Origin: an uncultured Gammaproteobacteria bacterium
GTDB taxonomy: Bacteria > Pseudomonadota > Gammaproteobacteria > JACCXJ01
Assembly (NCBI GenBank): GCA_963764725.1
Contig: CAVXTM010000016.1
Location: 192,001-256,000 of the forward strand
DNA length: 64,000 bases
Direction: 5' to 3'
Part shown: piece by piece, positions 17,974 through 28,639 of the stretch
Layout: each line of letters starts with the position of its first letter
Numbering within the stretch: the first letter of the stretch is position 1
Program-made: the position numbers and the translations under genes
The notes under the pieces: model-generated
What the model saw: only the letters and a program-made list of their open reading frames with translations
Told to the model about the DNA's origin: nothing
Databases searched by the model: none

Positions 17974-19692
17974 GTGCCTGATGAGCTTACATCAAGCCGG
18001 TCTGATGTGGGTGGACGAACCGCCTGGTGGTTCGCGGTGTTCCCGCCGGCCCAGTGGCTTCCGGCCTATCGCGCTGAGTGGATCCGCGGCGACGCGATTG
18101 CCGGAGTCACGCTCGCCGCCTACGCGATCCCCGTGTCGCTGGCATACGCCACGCTGGCCGGGCTGCCGCCACATCACGGCATCTTCTGTTACTTGCTCGG
18201 CGGATTGTTCTACGCACTATTCGGCACGTCGCGGCAACTGGCCATCGGACCCACGTCGGCAATTTCGTTGCTCGTCGGCACGACAGTGGCTGGCATGGCG
18301 GGAGACGACCCGGAGCGCTGGGTCGCCATCGCCGCGCTGACCGCGCTGGTCGTCGCCGCGCTCAGCGTTGTTGCTTGGATACTTCGGCTCAGCACGCTGA
18401 TCAACTTCATTAGTGAGACGATCCTGCTCGGCTTCAAGGCCGGGGCCGCGCTCGTGATCTCGATGACACAGTTACCCAAGCTGTTCGGAGTAAAGGGCGG
18501 TGGAGAGAATTTCTTCGAGCGACTCTGGACTCTGGGCGGCCAGATGGGGGACACGAACTTCGTCGTGTTGGGTTTTGGGATCGCCGCCATCATGCTGCTC
18601 TTGCTTGGAGACAAACTGTTCCCCGGCCGGCCCGTGGCCCTGATCGTTGTAGTGCTTTCCATCGTCGTGATGTCGCTCACGACGCTCGATGAATTGGGCG
18701 TAAAGGCCGTCGGCGAGCTTCCTCGCGGCCTGCCGGAACTGCGGATGCCGTCGTTGCGCGTCCGTGACGTAGACGGCATCGTGCCGCTGGCGGCGGCCTG
18801 CTTCCTGCTGTCGTACATCGAGAGTGTTTCGGCGGCCCGCGCGCTGGCGCAGAAAAACAATTACGAGATTGACCAGCGTCAGGAGTTGCTCGCGCTGGGC
18901 GCGGCGAACTTCGCGGCCGCGTTCGGCCAGGGTTATCCCGTGGCCGGCGGCCTGTCGCAGTCGGCCGTGAACGACAAGGCGGGAGCGAAGACGCCGCTCG
19001 CGCTGGTCATTGCTTCGATCACGCTGGCGCTCTGTCTTCTGTTTCTCACGGACCTGTTGCGCCACTTGCCGAGCGTCGTGCTCGCGGCCGTCGTGCTCGT
19101 CGCCGTCAGGGGTTTGATCGACATCGGCCAACTGATGCGGCTGCGGCAGGTGAGTCGGCTCGAGTTTCGGGTTGCCATGGTGGCGTTGGTGGGCGTTCTG
19201 CTCCTGGGCATCCTCAAAGGCGTGCTGTTGGCGGTCGTGGCCTCTATCCTTATGCTCCTTGCCCGCGTGGCTCGGCCGCACGTTGCGTTTCTCGGCCGCA
19301 TCCCCGGCACGCGGCGATTCTCTGATCTCGAACGCAATCTAGAGAATGAAACGGTACCCGGCTTACTCCTGTTCCGCGTTGAGGCATCCCTGGTCTATTT
19401 CAATGTCGAGCATGTGCGGCAAGCCGTTTTGCAGCGACTCGGCGCAGCGACCGAGCCGATCCGGCTCGTCGTGTGCGATCTTTCCAGCTCACCATACGTA
19501 GACACGGCCGGTGCGCGGATGCTCAGCGCGTTGCAACGCGATCTGGCCTCATTGGGAGTCCAGTTTCGTCTTGTCGAAGCCCGTGCCGCCGTGCGCGATA
19601 TCCTGCGCGCCGAGGGACTCCACGAACGAGCCGGCCCCATCGATCGCCGCACGTCGGTCGATGACGTTATTCACAGCTGGCACCAAGCGTGA
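17974..19692 (+). CDS. SulP family anion transporter with STAS domain
   Basis: GDAIAGVTLAAYAIPVSLAYA, FGTSRQLAIGP, many TM helices, C-terminal STAS (VVCDLSSSPYVDTAG). Confidence 0.95.
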   Translation: MPDELTSSRSDVGGRTAWWFAVFPPAQWLPAYRAEWIRGDAIAGVTLAAYAIPVSLAYATLAGLPPHHGIFCYLLGGLFYALFGTSRQLAIGPTSAISLLVGTTVAGMAGDDPERWVAIAALTALVVAALSVVAWILRLSTLINFISETILLGFKAGAALVISMTQLPKLFGVKGGGENFFERLWTLGGQMGDTNFVVLGFGIAAIMLLLLGDKLFPGRPVALIVVVLSIVVMSLTTLDELGVKAVGELPRGLPELRMPSLRVRDVDGIVPLAAACFLLSYIESVSAARALAQKNNYEIDQRQELLALGAANFAAAFGQGYPVAGGLSQSAVNDKAGAKTPLALVIASITLALCLLFLTDLLRHLPSVVLAAVVLVAVRGLIDIGQLMRLRQVSRLEFRVAMVALVGVLLLGILKGVLLAVVASILMLLARVARPHVAFLGRIPGTRRFSDLERNLENETVPGLLLFRVEASLVYFNVEHVRQAVLQRLGAATEPIRLVVCDLSSSPYVDTAGARMLSALQRDLASLGVQFRLVEARAAVRDILRAEGLHERAGPIDRRTSVDDVIHSWHQA

Positions 19693-19724
19693 TGAGCGAG
19701 CGGTCCTCGTCGAAAGAGCTGACA

Positions 19725-20155
19725 CACACGGAGCGTTACTCGCCACCGGCCGGCTGGGCGCGATTGCTGTCTGGCTTGTAACCTTGCCGGTGGGGCTGGT
19801 CGGCCAGCTCGCCCAGGCCGCCACGGTGAGCGGTGACGAGAAGCTCATCGCGGCGCTCCGGAGACCTCCCACTGCCATCGACAACATGAATCCGAGCAAC
19901 CCAGGCCTCCAGATCCTGCAGTCCATCCCGGTTTCGTCCCGGATTCCGGCGCACTCGATCATCGCGGTGGAGGGTGATGGACCGAAGGAAGAAGGGAATG
20001 ACGGCGTCGTCGCCTACACCAGCGCGCACATCGATGAGGCGGTCTCCGAACTGGTGGTGCGTTCAAGTCACTCGGTGCAGGGAAATCCACAGGCCATCGA
20101 AGAGATCCGGCGCATCTTGCTTGAACACGCGGCGGTGCCGGTAGAAAGTCGCTAG
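19725..20155 (+). pseudogene. C-terminal remnant of an alpha/beta hydrolase
   Basis: TAIDNMNP, HSIIA, NDGVVAYTSAHI, SELVVRSSHSVQ. The N-terminal half with the GxSxG nucleophile is absent and there is no own start. Confidence 0.7.
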
Positions 20156-20195
20156 AGTCGAATGTGCGCGCGCTCCAGCCACTCCACAGAGTCGT

Positions 20196-21185
20196 ATGCC
20201 GAAACCATCGAAGCAGCAAGCCGAACTCTATCGGAACACCCTGGGGAGCGATGAAGCGGCTAGGCCGGCACGCTTTCGTAGGCTCTCCGTCTTTGGCTGG
20301 CTGATCGTTGCGCTGGCGGCTGCAAGCGTCGAGACTCATGCCCAGGATCTCGAACCGAGGGCGTTTGCGAATACGCCGGTGGGACTAAACTTCTTGATCG
20401 GAGGGTATGCCCATGCAAAAGGCACTGTGGGTACCGACCCGTCGGTCCCACTGGAAGATACCGAGGTCACGCTTAACAGCGCCGTCCTTGCCTACGTGCG
20501 GACGTTGGACTTGTGGGGCCGGTCGGGAAAAGTTGACGTGATACTACCCTATACCTGGGCATCTGGAAGCGCCACACTCGCCGGGCAACCGCGCAACCGG
20601 GATGTTTCCGGACTCGGCGATCCGAGGCTGCGGTTTTCCATGCTTCTTTATGGAGCGCCGGCGCTCTCGCTTGAAGAGTTTCTCGACTACAAGCCGGATA
20701 TCATCATTGGAACGAGCCTCGAGGTGACTCCTCCGCTCGGACAATACGACTCCGACAAGCTGCTAAACATCGGCACGAACCGCTGGTCCTTCAAGCCGGA
20801 GGTCGGAATCTCCAAGACACTTGGACCGTTGACCCTTGAGCTCGCCACCGGCGTACGTCTCTACACTGACAATAACGACTTTCTCGAGGGCCAAACTCTG
20901 CAAGTCAGCCCGATCTATTCTGTGCAGGGACATCTCATTTACTCCCTTACTCCAGGGATGTGGGTGGGGCTCGATGGTCTGTACTATGCCGGCGGGCGCC
21001 CGACCATCGAGGGGAAAAAAGGCGAAGGTCGCGCGAACGCACGCATAGGCCTTACCTTGACCCTGCCTGTTAACCGGTACAACTCGGTAAAACTTTACGG
21101 CAGTACGGGTGTTTACACGAAGACCGGCACCGACTTCGACTTGGTGGGGATCGTCTGGCAATTCCGTTGGGGCGCGGGACTTTAG
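20196..21185 (+). CDS. Outer-membrane transporter-like protein (MetA-pathway phenol degradation family)
   Basis: AQDLEPRAFANTPVGLNF, GLGDPRLRF, PLGQYDSDKLLNIGTNRW, C-terminal WQFRWG. Confidence 0.85.
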   Translation: MPKPSKQQAELYRNTLGSDEAARPARFRRLSVFGWLIVALAAASVETHAQDLEPRAFANTPVGLNFLIGGYAHAKGTVGTDPSVPLEDTEVTLNSAVLAYVRTLDLWGRSGKVDVILPYTWASGSATLAGQPRNRDVSGLGDPRLRFSMLLYGAPALSLEEFLDYKPDIIIGTSLEVTPPLGQYDSDKLLNIGTNRWSFKPEVGISKTLGPLTLELATGVRLYTDNNDFLEGQTLQVSPIYSVQGHLIYSLTPGMWVGLDGLYYAGGRPTIEGKKGEGRANARIGLTLTLPVNRYNSVKLYGSTGVYTKTGTDFDLVGIVWQFRWGAGL

Positions 21186-21340
21186 ATGAACGCTGGTCGC
21201 AGCTAATCTAGATCAGGAGCCTGGGTGGGGTCAGGGAGCCGGGGGGTCTGGCCACCGCGAGTGAGTCCTCGTAACCCTGATCGGATGACTTGTTCTCAGA
21301 ACAGGGATAGTCTATATGATTGCAGAGGAGGCGAGAAACC

Positions 21341-22198
21341 ATGAAGAAAAAATGGTGGCGACGGGTCAGCGCCGTGCAATGTGCATCCGTCCTGTTGGTT
21401 CTCTCCGGCTGTGCCGCGGAGCAAGCGGCAACCCGAGTGGAGCCGCAGGCGGCGGCCCCGCCGACGGCACGCACAATCGCTGAGCCCGCCGATGCCGAGG
21501 CTATCCTCATGCGGATGGCCAAGTTCTTGTCCCAGGCCCAGCACTTCAGCGTAAATCTTGTCAGCGGCTACGACGTGGTCCAGGAATCCGGCCAGAAGAT
21601 CGAATTCGGCGAGACGCGGAAGATTACCGTGAGCCGGCCCAACCATCTGCGCGTCGAGGTGGAGCAGAGCGACGGCGCAAAGCATCTCGTCCTGTACGAT
21701 GGCAAGGACATCACGACCTTCAGCCCGTCGCAGAACGTATATGCGCAGACATACAAACCCGGTGGCATCGACGAAGCGGTCACCTATTTCCTCAAGGACC
21801 TTCACATGCGGCTACCGCTGGCTGCACTCTTGCTCAGTCGGTTTCCGGACGAGATCGAACGCCGGACCCAGTCGCTCGATTATGTGGAGCGGACGCTAAT
21901 CCATGGGACACCGACCCATCACCTGGCAGGACGCACCCAGACGGTGGATTATCAGATCTGGATCGCGGAGGGCGCCCAGCCGCTGCCGCTTCGAGCGGTA
22001 TTGACCTACAAGAATGCGGAAGGCCAGCCCCAGTTCCGGGCAGAGTTTCACGATTGGAACCTGACGCCCGAATTTGGGGACGTTCAGTTCACGTTCACCC
22101 CGCCCGAAGGGGCACGGAAGATCGCCTTCCTTGCGCAGTTGCCCCAAATCGGGGTTCAGGGAGCCTCAACGCCGAAACAAATCGGAGGACAGAAATGA
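21341..22198 (+). CDS. DUF2092 domain lipoprotein
   Basis: Lipobox LSGC, GQKIEF, RPNHLRVE, YDGK, DYQIWIAEG..PLP. Confidence 0.9.
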   Translation: MKKKWWRRVSAVQCASVLLVLSGCAAEQAATRVEPQAAAPPTARTIAEPADAEAILMRMAKFLSQAQHFSVNLVSGYDVVQESGQKIEFGETRKITVSRPNHLRVEVEQSDGAKHLVLYDGKDITTFSPSQNVYAQTYKPGGIDEAVTYFLKDLHMRLPLAALLLSRFPDEIERRTQSLDYVERTLIHGTPTHHLAGRTQTVDYQIWIAEGAQPLPLRAVLTYKNAEGQPQFRAEFHDWNLTPEFGDVQFTFTPPEGARKIAFLAQLPQIGVQGASTPKQIGGQK

Positions 22199-23106
22199 AG
22201 ATCAGGCCATTGGCAACTATTACGACCATCGCGACCACACTCTTTTTCCTGGTGGCAATCGTGGATGACGCGTCTGCGCGTGGACGAGGCGGTGGAGGCG
22301 GCGGGGGCTTCTCCCGTGGTGGCGGTGGGGGCGGAGGTGGGGGTTTTTCACGCAGTGGTGCCGCCTCGAGCGGCAGCTTCTCTTCCGGCGCCCGCGGAGC
22401 ATCGTCTAGGTCCGGCTCGATGAGCTCCGGGAGTGCGGCCTACTCGCAGAGGTCGGCGCAACGGTCCCAGACCCAGCAGACCGCGTCCGCCAACCAGCAA
22501 ACGCGGTCTTCCAGTCGTCAACAGCAACAGCAGCAGGCGCAGCAGTCGCGCTCGCAACAGCAACAGACAACGCAGCAGAGCCGACAGCAGCAGCAACAGC
22601 AGGCACAGCAGACGCGCTCGCAGCAGCAGCAAAGCCGGCAGCAGGCTTCGAATGAGAACGTAGATGCCCGGCAGCAGGGCTACAGCGAGCGGACGGATTC
22701 CCGACAGCAGGGCTATAGCGAAAGGACCGATGCGCGTCAGCAGGGCTATACCGAGCGTCAAGGGAACCGGCAGGACTACGCGGACGATCACTACCATGGC
22801 GGGGTTTATTACGGCGGGGACTACGACGATGACGATTGGGACGACGGTGAAGTCGCGGCCGTGGCGATCGGCTCAGCGGCAGTAGGTGCCATGGCGGGCT
22901 ACGCGGCGGGAACTTCGGACACTACCACCTCGACGGTGGTTTACACCTCGCCACCGCCCGGGGGCTACACGAGCCTTCCCTGCACGCCTGAGGTGATCGC
23001 TGTCAGCGGCGTGACGTACTACCGGTGCGGTTCGACCTGGTACACCCAGGCTTATGGAGGCGGTGGCGTCAGCTATATGGTCGTGTCACCGCCGCCCGGA
23101 TATTAA
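22195..23106 (+). CDS. Secreted G/S/Q-rich low-complexity protein with Cys/Tyr-rich C-terminal domain
   Basis: ATGA overlap with DUF2092 gene; signal peptide ending ASA-RGRGGG; Q-rich repeats; C-terminal LPC...GVTYYRCGSTWY...YMVVSPP. Confidence 0.8.
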   Translation: MKIRPLATITTIATTLFFLVAIVDDASARGRGGGGGGGFSRGGGGGGGGGFSRSGAASSGSFSSGARGASSRSGSMSSGSAAYSQRSAQRSQTQQTASANQQTRSSSRQQQQQQAQQSRSQQQQTTQQSRQQQQQQAQQTRSQQQQSRQQASNENVDARQQGYSERTDSRQQGYSERTDARQQGYTERQGNRQDYADDHYHGGVYYGGDYDDDDWDDGEVAAVAIGSAAVGAMAGYAAGTSDTTTSTVVYTSPPPGGYTSLPCTPEVIAVSGVTYYRCGSTWYTQAYGGGGVSYMVVSPPPGY

Positions 23107-23189
23107 ACCGTCGGTGCGGGGTGGGCATGACCCATCCCGCCCGAAATCGAATCGGACGTGCGTGATCCCAAAAAGGGAAGTGACGACGC

Positions 23190-23390
23190 TACTTCGTCGC
23201 CCCCCAGCCGCTCGAACTCTCCTTCGGGAGGGCGGAGATGGGCTCGCTGTTCATGGCCGTGCTCATTGGCGCGATAGTCGCCGGGGACGGGCGATCCAAC
23301 TGGTACAAGGGCGTGCAGCTCATCACCGTCTATGTGATCATTGCCCTGATGTTCTACGTCCTGCCGGCCGTCAGCACGGGCCCGCGATGA
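23190..23390 (+). pseudogene. C-terminal stub of a Ca2+/H+ exchanger (Cax/ChaA family)
   Basis: YFVAPQPLELSF...GDGRSNWYKGVQLITVYVIIALMFY. Its TGA overlaps the next ATG. Confidence 0.8.
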
Positions 23391-24067
23391 GAAGCGGGCT
23401 CTGGAAGGGAATGCTCCAGTTCTGGACCTCGGACCGGGGCCTGCCCATTTTTCTCCTGCTGCTCATTTTTGTTGTCTTCATTCTGCCTGTAGCCGCCAGC
23501 CCCGGCCCTTTGGGACGGCTCACAAGCGATGTGGTGTTATCGCTGTTGCTCGTAGCGGGCGCGATGGCGGCGGCAGAGCCGCGTTGGGTTCGACGTATTG
23601 TCCCGCCGATTGCCGCTCTGGCTCTCCTCGTGCGCTGGGCGAACGCCGCCATATCCTCCACCGACCTCGCCATGTGGCGCGAACTGTCCATGCTCGTCAC
23701 GCTGATGCTGTTCGCCATCGTTGTGGCCGCGCAGGTCTTTCGTCGCGGCCGCATCACGCTCCAGCGCATCCTAGGTGCCGTCGCCGTGTACCTGCTGCTC
23801 GGCCTTGCCTGGGCAAGCGCCTACGAGCTTTTGTATCTCTCGCGTCCGGGAGCATTCGCCGGATCGGTCAACGATGTCTCCACGTCGCAGACCTGGATCT
23901 ATTACAGCTTCGTGACGCTCACGACCATGGGCTACGGCGATATCACGCCTGTGCATCCCATCGCCCGTTCGCTCGCCGTCCTGGAGGCACTGACCGGCCA
24001 GCTCTATCTCACGATCACGCTAGCCCGCCTGGTTGGGCTGCAGCTCGCATCGCGAGAAGACGGCTGA
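23387..24067 (+). CDS. Potassium channel family protein (Ion_trans_2)
   Basis: Multiple TM helices; pore motif YYSFVTLTTMGYGDITP. Confidence 0.9.
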   Translation: MRSGLWKGMLQFWTSDRGLPIFLLLLIFVVFILPVAASPGPLGRLTSDVVLSLLLVAGAMAAAEPRWVRRIVPPIAALALLVRWANAAISSTDLAMWRELSMLVTLMLFAIVVAAQVFRRGRITLQRILGAVAVYLLLGLAWASAYELLYLSRPGAFAGSVNDVSTSQTWIYYSFVTLTTMGYGDITPVHPIARSLAVLEALTGQLYLTITLARLVGLQLASREDG

Positions 24068-24349
24068 CCGAACAGCCCAGGAAGATATGGTGCTTGTGGT
24101 GTAGGTCGTTCTCGAAAAACGACTTTAGGAAGCTCTGAATAAGCTATTGCGCCGCCCATCTGCTTTGTCGCGTGCTCTCTCGCCGCTCACTTGCTTTTTC
24201 ATCGAATGGTCTCCGTAAGATCAGGGCTAGATTCCGGTCTTAGGGTCGGCCCGGAAGCCACGCTTTCGGAAAAAAAGCAAGGCCATCGCGCCGAAGACAC
24301 TCAGCGCGAACGGGTACCTAAGCCATAACTTTTTTGGCATCTTTTGGCA

Positions 24350-25075
24350 TCAGTCATGCCTGTCCTTCTCCAATTCCGGCACGATCGCCGGAGACGGCCC
24401 ACGCAGATTGCCGACCAGGATGTGCAGACTGACCAGCAGCACCCACAGCGGGAACACCAGTACAATACCTTCGATGTAACGGCTGCTGAGCAGCAGCAGC
24501 ACCGCCACCGCATAGCCGAGGAAGGAAATCCAGCGGGCGATGAACCCGGTCCGCAGGGCGAGGGTGGACGTTGCGATCATGAACACCCCCGCCATCTTGA
24601 TCGCGTAGACGTTCATGATCTCGTAGGTGATGGCGCGGGCGAAGGTGAACGTGGCGGAGCCGAGCAGGCTTTCTGGTGCAGCCACATAGGCGATGATGAT
24701 GCCGCCCGCCACCGCGGCGGAGAAGAACAACATGGCGAGAAACAGCAGTCCGCTACCGAGAAAGACAGTGGCGAAGAACCGGTCTTCCCGCTCGCCCAGA
24801 CGGTCGCGCAGCACTCCCATGAACCACAGGAAGGCAATGCCCGCGAATGGGACCAAGTTCAGTGCCAGCGCAACGGTGTTGGCCCGGGTACGCAGCCAAG
24901 CCCCTGCCTCCAGCGGATCGGCCGGGACCGAAAACCGGAGGAGCACGAAGCTCGTAATCAGCAGAACCGAAAAGAGGATGCCGGCGACCGCAGCGGCACG
25001 CGGCGCCCTCAAGTGCGCAGAGATCAAGGTCTCTTCCGTCGGCATCACGTCCTCCTGGGAGTGCATTGAGCGCAA
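24350..25075 (-). CDS. Conserved hypothetical integral membrane protein
   Basis: About six hydrophobic segments; PFAGIAFLWFMGVLRDRLGEREDRFFATVF. Start uncertain. Confidence 0.8.
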   Translation of the reverse strand: MRSMHSQEDVMPTEETLISAHLRAPRAAAVAGILFSVLLITSFVLLRFSVPADPLEAGAWLRTRANTVALALNLVPFAGIAFLWFMGVLRDRLGEREDRFFATVFLGSGLLFLAMLFFSAAVAGGIIIAYVAAPESLLGSATFTFARAITYEIMNVYAIKMAGVFMIATSTLALRTGFIARWISFLGYAVAVLLLLSSRYIEGIVLVFPLWVLLVSLHILVGNLRGPSPAIVPELEKDRHD

Positions 25076-25082
25076 TGGTTCC

Positions 25083-26408
25083 TCAAGGCCGGGGCACGGT
25101 GCCGTTCGAGGCTTCCGCCTGACCGCGCGACAGGCCCAAGCCCTGCCGGTCCTGTTGGAGCGCCATCAGCCGATCTTCGGCATCGAGAACCGAGTGTTCC
25201 ACGGCCAGGTCCAAGTGCCGCAAATATCGCCGTATTAACTCCGTGCGCTCCGCGTCGGTCACCGATTCGGCCAAACCCAGGAGGGCTGCGCGCAGTCGGC
25301 GCATGACCTGCACCGAGCCGGTACCATACTGGCGGATCTCGTCGAACGCGAGCGTCAGGTAGTCCTCCCAGCTGGGCGTGGGGAAGACGAGACGGAAAGC
25401 GCCCCGCTCATCGCAAACGCAGCCCGCATCGATCGCACGCCGGCCGAGGCGGCGCAGCAGATCCTCGATCTGATCGATCGCCTGGACCGCCGTGGTCGGA
25501 TCGTTGATGGCCGGGGAAAGGGCCTTGATGGCGATGTCCACCAGGAGCCTCAGGGGATATTTGGGATCCTGTTCGAAAGTGCGTTCCCTCGCCAACCCGA
25601 TCGCCTGCCGCAGGCGGGCTTCCGGGACCGGCCTGCCGCCGTACACGCGTAGGAGCACGGCGCCTTCGATCAGCGCGTCGCCGACCGCACAATCCATGAC
25701 GATCACGGCATCCGCCGCCCGCGCCTGCCGGACCAGGGCATCGATGTCGAATCGAGCGATGGCTTGCGGTTCGCCCGAGTAGTGCAAGGTCTGGGTGATC
25801 GGGCGCTGCCGGGCCTGCTCGGCCGCAACGCCCCACGACTGCGGCCCTGCGTCCCCTGCCGGGTCCAGTCGTGGGAACATGCCCCCAATGACCTCACGAC
25901 CTCTTTGGCCGATGATACGGAGCACGTTCGCAATCTGAAGTTCGCTCAGCCGATTCACCAGCCGGGCAAACACGATCATGCTGGCGATAAGCAGAATCGT
26001 AACGAGCAGGACCGAGAACAGGGGCACCTTGCCGTCCCCTCCGCGATCGGTCCAGACCAGCGCCGCGAGCGCATAACTGAATGTGGCGGTGAAGAGACCG
26101 AGTGAGTGGAAGAGCATGGGGTCGCGGCCGAACCAAGCGACCAGACGCGGTGAATAGGCCACGGCGCTGAACTGCACCACGACAAAGGCTAGCGCGAACA
26201 CGATGCCGGTCAGCGCCATCATGCCGGACGCGATGGCGGACAACGCCGCCAGAGCCGAAGCAACCGACAGGCTGTGACTGAAAGATGCAAGGTATTCGTG
26301 CTCGAGCCGTGGAAAAACCAATGCGCAAACCACGGTCACGCTCACATACAGCATCGGAATAGACCAAAGCGGCACATCTTGTCGATACACTTTCAATGTG
26401 TTACGCAT
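25083..26408 (-). CDS. DUF2254 domain membrane protein
   Basis: YSPRL, RTFEQDP, LVDIAIKALSPAINDPTTA. Confidence 0.9.
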   Translation of the reverse strand: MRNTLKVYRQDVPLWSIPMLYVSVTVVCALVFPRLEHEYLASFSHSLSVASALAALSAIASGMMALTGIVFALAFVVVQFSAVAYSPRLVAWFGRDPMLFHSLGLFTATFSYALAALVWTDRGGDGKVPLFSVLLVTILLIASMIVFARLVNRLSELQIANVLRIIGQRGREVIGGMFPRLDPAGDAGPQSWGVAAEQARQRPITQTLHYSGEPQAIARFDIDALVRQARAADAVIVMDCAVGDALIEGAVLLRVYGGRPVPEARLRQAIGLARERTFEQDPKYPLRLLVDIAIKALSPAINDPTTAVQAIDQIEDLLRRLGRRAIDAGCVCDERGAFRLVFPTPSWEDYLTLAFDEIRQYGTGSVQVMRRLRAALLGLAESVTDAERTELIRRYLRHLDLAVEHSVLDAEDRLMALQQDRQGLGLSRGQAEASNGTVPRP

Positions 26409-26462
26409 GATGGTCGCTCATCTCATCCCCGCCCCGGCGCAAGGTCCAATGCGAAATGGCCG

Positions 26463-26837
26463 TCAGCGCGCCCCATCCGCATGCCCGTCCGCGGCCTGCG
26501 CGCGCTGCCAGGGCCAGCGCCCGCTCACCTCCAGCTCCAGCGCGAAGCTCAGGAAGGTCCGGATCGCCACGATCACCGCGAGTACCCCGAGGTTCTGTAA
26601 TGTGGGTTCGATGGCCACGGTCCCGATGATGTCGGCGATCACCAGAAGCTCCAGACCGAGCAGGATCGCCCGTCCGAGATCGGCCCGCAAGCCGTGGTAA
26701 GCGTCCTGGAAAACGACGCGGCGCGACAAACGCCTGGCAAAGGCTCCCCCGGCAAGCAGGGCACCGAGCAGGAGCACAACGACGCCCGCGAGCTCGACAA
26801 CGCGCGCCGACGCAACGACCAGGTGTTCGTAGTCCAT
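26463..26837 (-). CDS. DUF1622 domain membrane protein
   Basis: LGRAILLGLELLVIADII.TV, IRTFLSFALELE..GRWPWQ. Confidence 0.9.
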   Translation of the reverse strand: MDYEHLVVASARVVELAGVVVLLLGALLAGGAFARRLSRRVVFQDAYHGLRADLGRAILLGLELLVIADIIGTVAIEPTLQNLGVLAVIVAIRTFLSFALELEVSGRWPWQRAQAADGHADGAR

Positions 26838-26875
26838 CTACGTTTGTAAGCCCGTACCGCAGACTTTCGGCCGTG

Positions 26876-28336
26876 CTACTCGATATGCACCTCGACCTTG
26901 CCGGCTCTTACGGCCGCCTTCAAGGCCGCGTGGTCGCGCTCGGTCTGGTCGGCGTAAGCGAGGGCGAAATCTCCCATGGCTTCATCGAAGGGATTCTTTG
27001 TGCCGAGATAGCCGCTGATCGTCAGCGCATCTCCGCCCTTGGCATGGGCCCGTGCCAACGACCAGCCGCAAGCTTCGCCGTAAACGGACAAAGTGTTGGC
27101 GTCAAAGGTCTCCACCAAGGGCTTGATCTTTGCGTCCCGTAGCTGCCGCACGTATGCATGATGGCCCTTCCGGGTCATCCAGCCGAGGAAGATGTCCGTG
27201 AAGGGCTGCATCAGGCGTTGCCCCATCACTACTCGCTGGCCGTGGTGGCTGTAGGCGCTCTTCCCGGCATAGGGTTCCAACACGGAACTTCTGGCTTCTT
27301 TCCACTGCAAGAACAGCGGCTCATTCGAAGCGGACATCATCAATATGATGGCGCAGCGAGTTCCCACGCTGCCGATGCCCACCACCTTTATCGCCCCGTC
27401 CAGCACCCGATAGCGGTCGAGCAGGATGCGCCGATCTTCAGGCAAGGATTCCCGATAAATGGCATGGCTTTCCTCCAGCGAGGCTTGAAAATCCCTGGTT
27501 TTTGCCTCTTCAGGATGAAAGATCAGGGGCGGAGTGTCTCGGATGCGCATACGGCCACCAACCATCCCCGCCAACTGCGGATAAGCCAGCTCCGACCCGG
27601 GCTGCTCTTGGGCCTTGGCGATCCGCTTTCCGAAGCGGGCCCTGACTTGGGCATTCGGCGCCAGCCCGAGGATGTCCTTGGAGTCGATACGTGCGTACCA
27701 GACGTCGAGCGGGCTCATCTCCGAGTATTCGCGCATGTGCTCTCGATAGCTTTGCGCGCAGGAGACTGCTGCGTCGCGGCCGTCGGAATCGGACAAGCCA
27801 TTGCTCCGGGCGGCCAGCACGAACGAGGCTACAAGACGCTTGACGTCCCACTCCCAGGGCGCCGGAAGCGTCTCGTCGAAGTCATTGATATCGACAAGGA
27901 TATTGCGCTCCGGCGTGGCGAAGCCGCCGAAGTTCAGCAAATGGCAGTCGCCACAAGCCTGGACCCGAATTCCCGTCGCCGGCGTCTTGGCCAGGTCGGC
28001 AGCCATCACCGCGGCGGCACCGCGATAGAAGGTGAAGGGCGTCTGCAGCATCCGGCCATAGCGGATCGGCAGCAACTGGCTCAATCGGCCCGCGTCCGAG
28101 GCGTGCAGGATTGCGAGCGGGTCCGCCCGGCCTACCGGCCGCTTCCACGCGCCGTGCGCCTGCCGAAGGACCTTGCGGCGCAGGCTCTTGCCCGCAGCCA
28201 ATAGTTCGTCCGCCGAAAAAGTCTGGGGCGCCGGCTTACTTACATCAGCTGAAGGTGGCTCGGAACTGATGTCCTTTCTTTTGTTCATCGCAGCATGCCG
28301 ATTCTGTCGGTACTGTGTATTCTGCCGTTTATTCAT
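26876..28336 (-). CDS. DUF2252 domain protein (kinase-like fold)
   Basis: PIRYGRM..PFTFYRG, CGDCHLLNFG, INDFDE, KVVGIGSVG, VRQLRD, LARAHA. Confidence 0.9.
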   Translation of the reverse strand: MNKRQNTQYRQNRHAAMNKRKDISSEPPSADVSKPAPQTFSADELLAAGKSLRRKVLRQAHGAWKRPVGRADPLAILHASDAGRLSQLLPIRYGRMLQTPFTFYRGAAAVMAADLAKTPATGIRVQACGDCHLLNFGGFATPERNILVDINDFDETLPAPWEWDVKRLVASFVLAARSNGLSDSDGRDAAVSCAQSYREHMREYSEMSPLDVWYARIDSKDILGLAPNAQVRARFGKRIAKAQEQPGSELAYPQLAGMVGGRMRIRDTPPLIFHPEEAKTRDFQASLEESHAIYRESLPEDRRILLDRYRVLDGAIKVVGIGSVGTRCAIILMMSASNEPLFLQWKEARSSVLEPYAGKSAYSHHGQRVVMGQRLMQPFTDIFLGWMTRKGHHAYVRQLRDAKIKPLVETFDANTLSVYGEACGWSLARAHAKGGDALTISGYLGTKNPFDEAMGDFALAYADQTERDHAALKAAVRAGKVEVHIE

Positions 28337-28639
28337 CGGCGAGCAACGTCGGATTGAGCACACCCCAGGATCCAGGCGCAGCTCCAGCAGCCCGTATTTT
28401 CGGGCATCAAAAAAGAGGTCGAAAATCCTGTGTGTCGGCCGTTCAGCCGACCTACCGGCCGCACGGTGCGGCTCAAGAACCTGATGAGTCCACGCCAGCT
28501 ACAGCGATCGCGACGGAAGCGTGTCGACAGTTCCGCCGGTCGCACCCCTCCTCCTCACCTGGTGTCGCTGGAGGAGCTCGTGAAGCGGCTGCTGGATGTG
28601 GTTTTCTGAAGACGGCCACTTGCCCACCATGGAGCAACC

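Noticed and set aside
22660-22770. 33-bp repeats as a CRISPR array
   Set aside because: Tandem, in-frame, varying at synonymous positions, with no spacers or cas genes.
23054-23386. Long N-terminal extension of the K+ channel
   Set aside because: The region codes for the Cax stub in another frame; the true start is the ATG at 23387.
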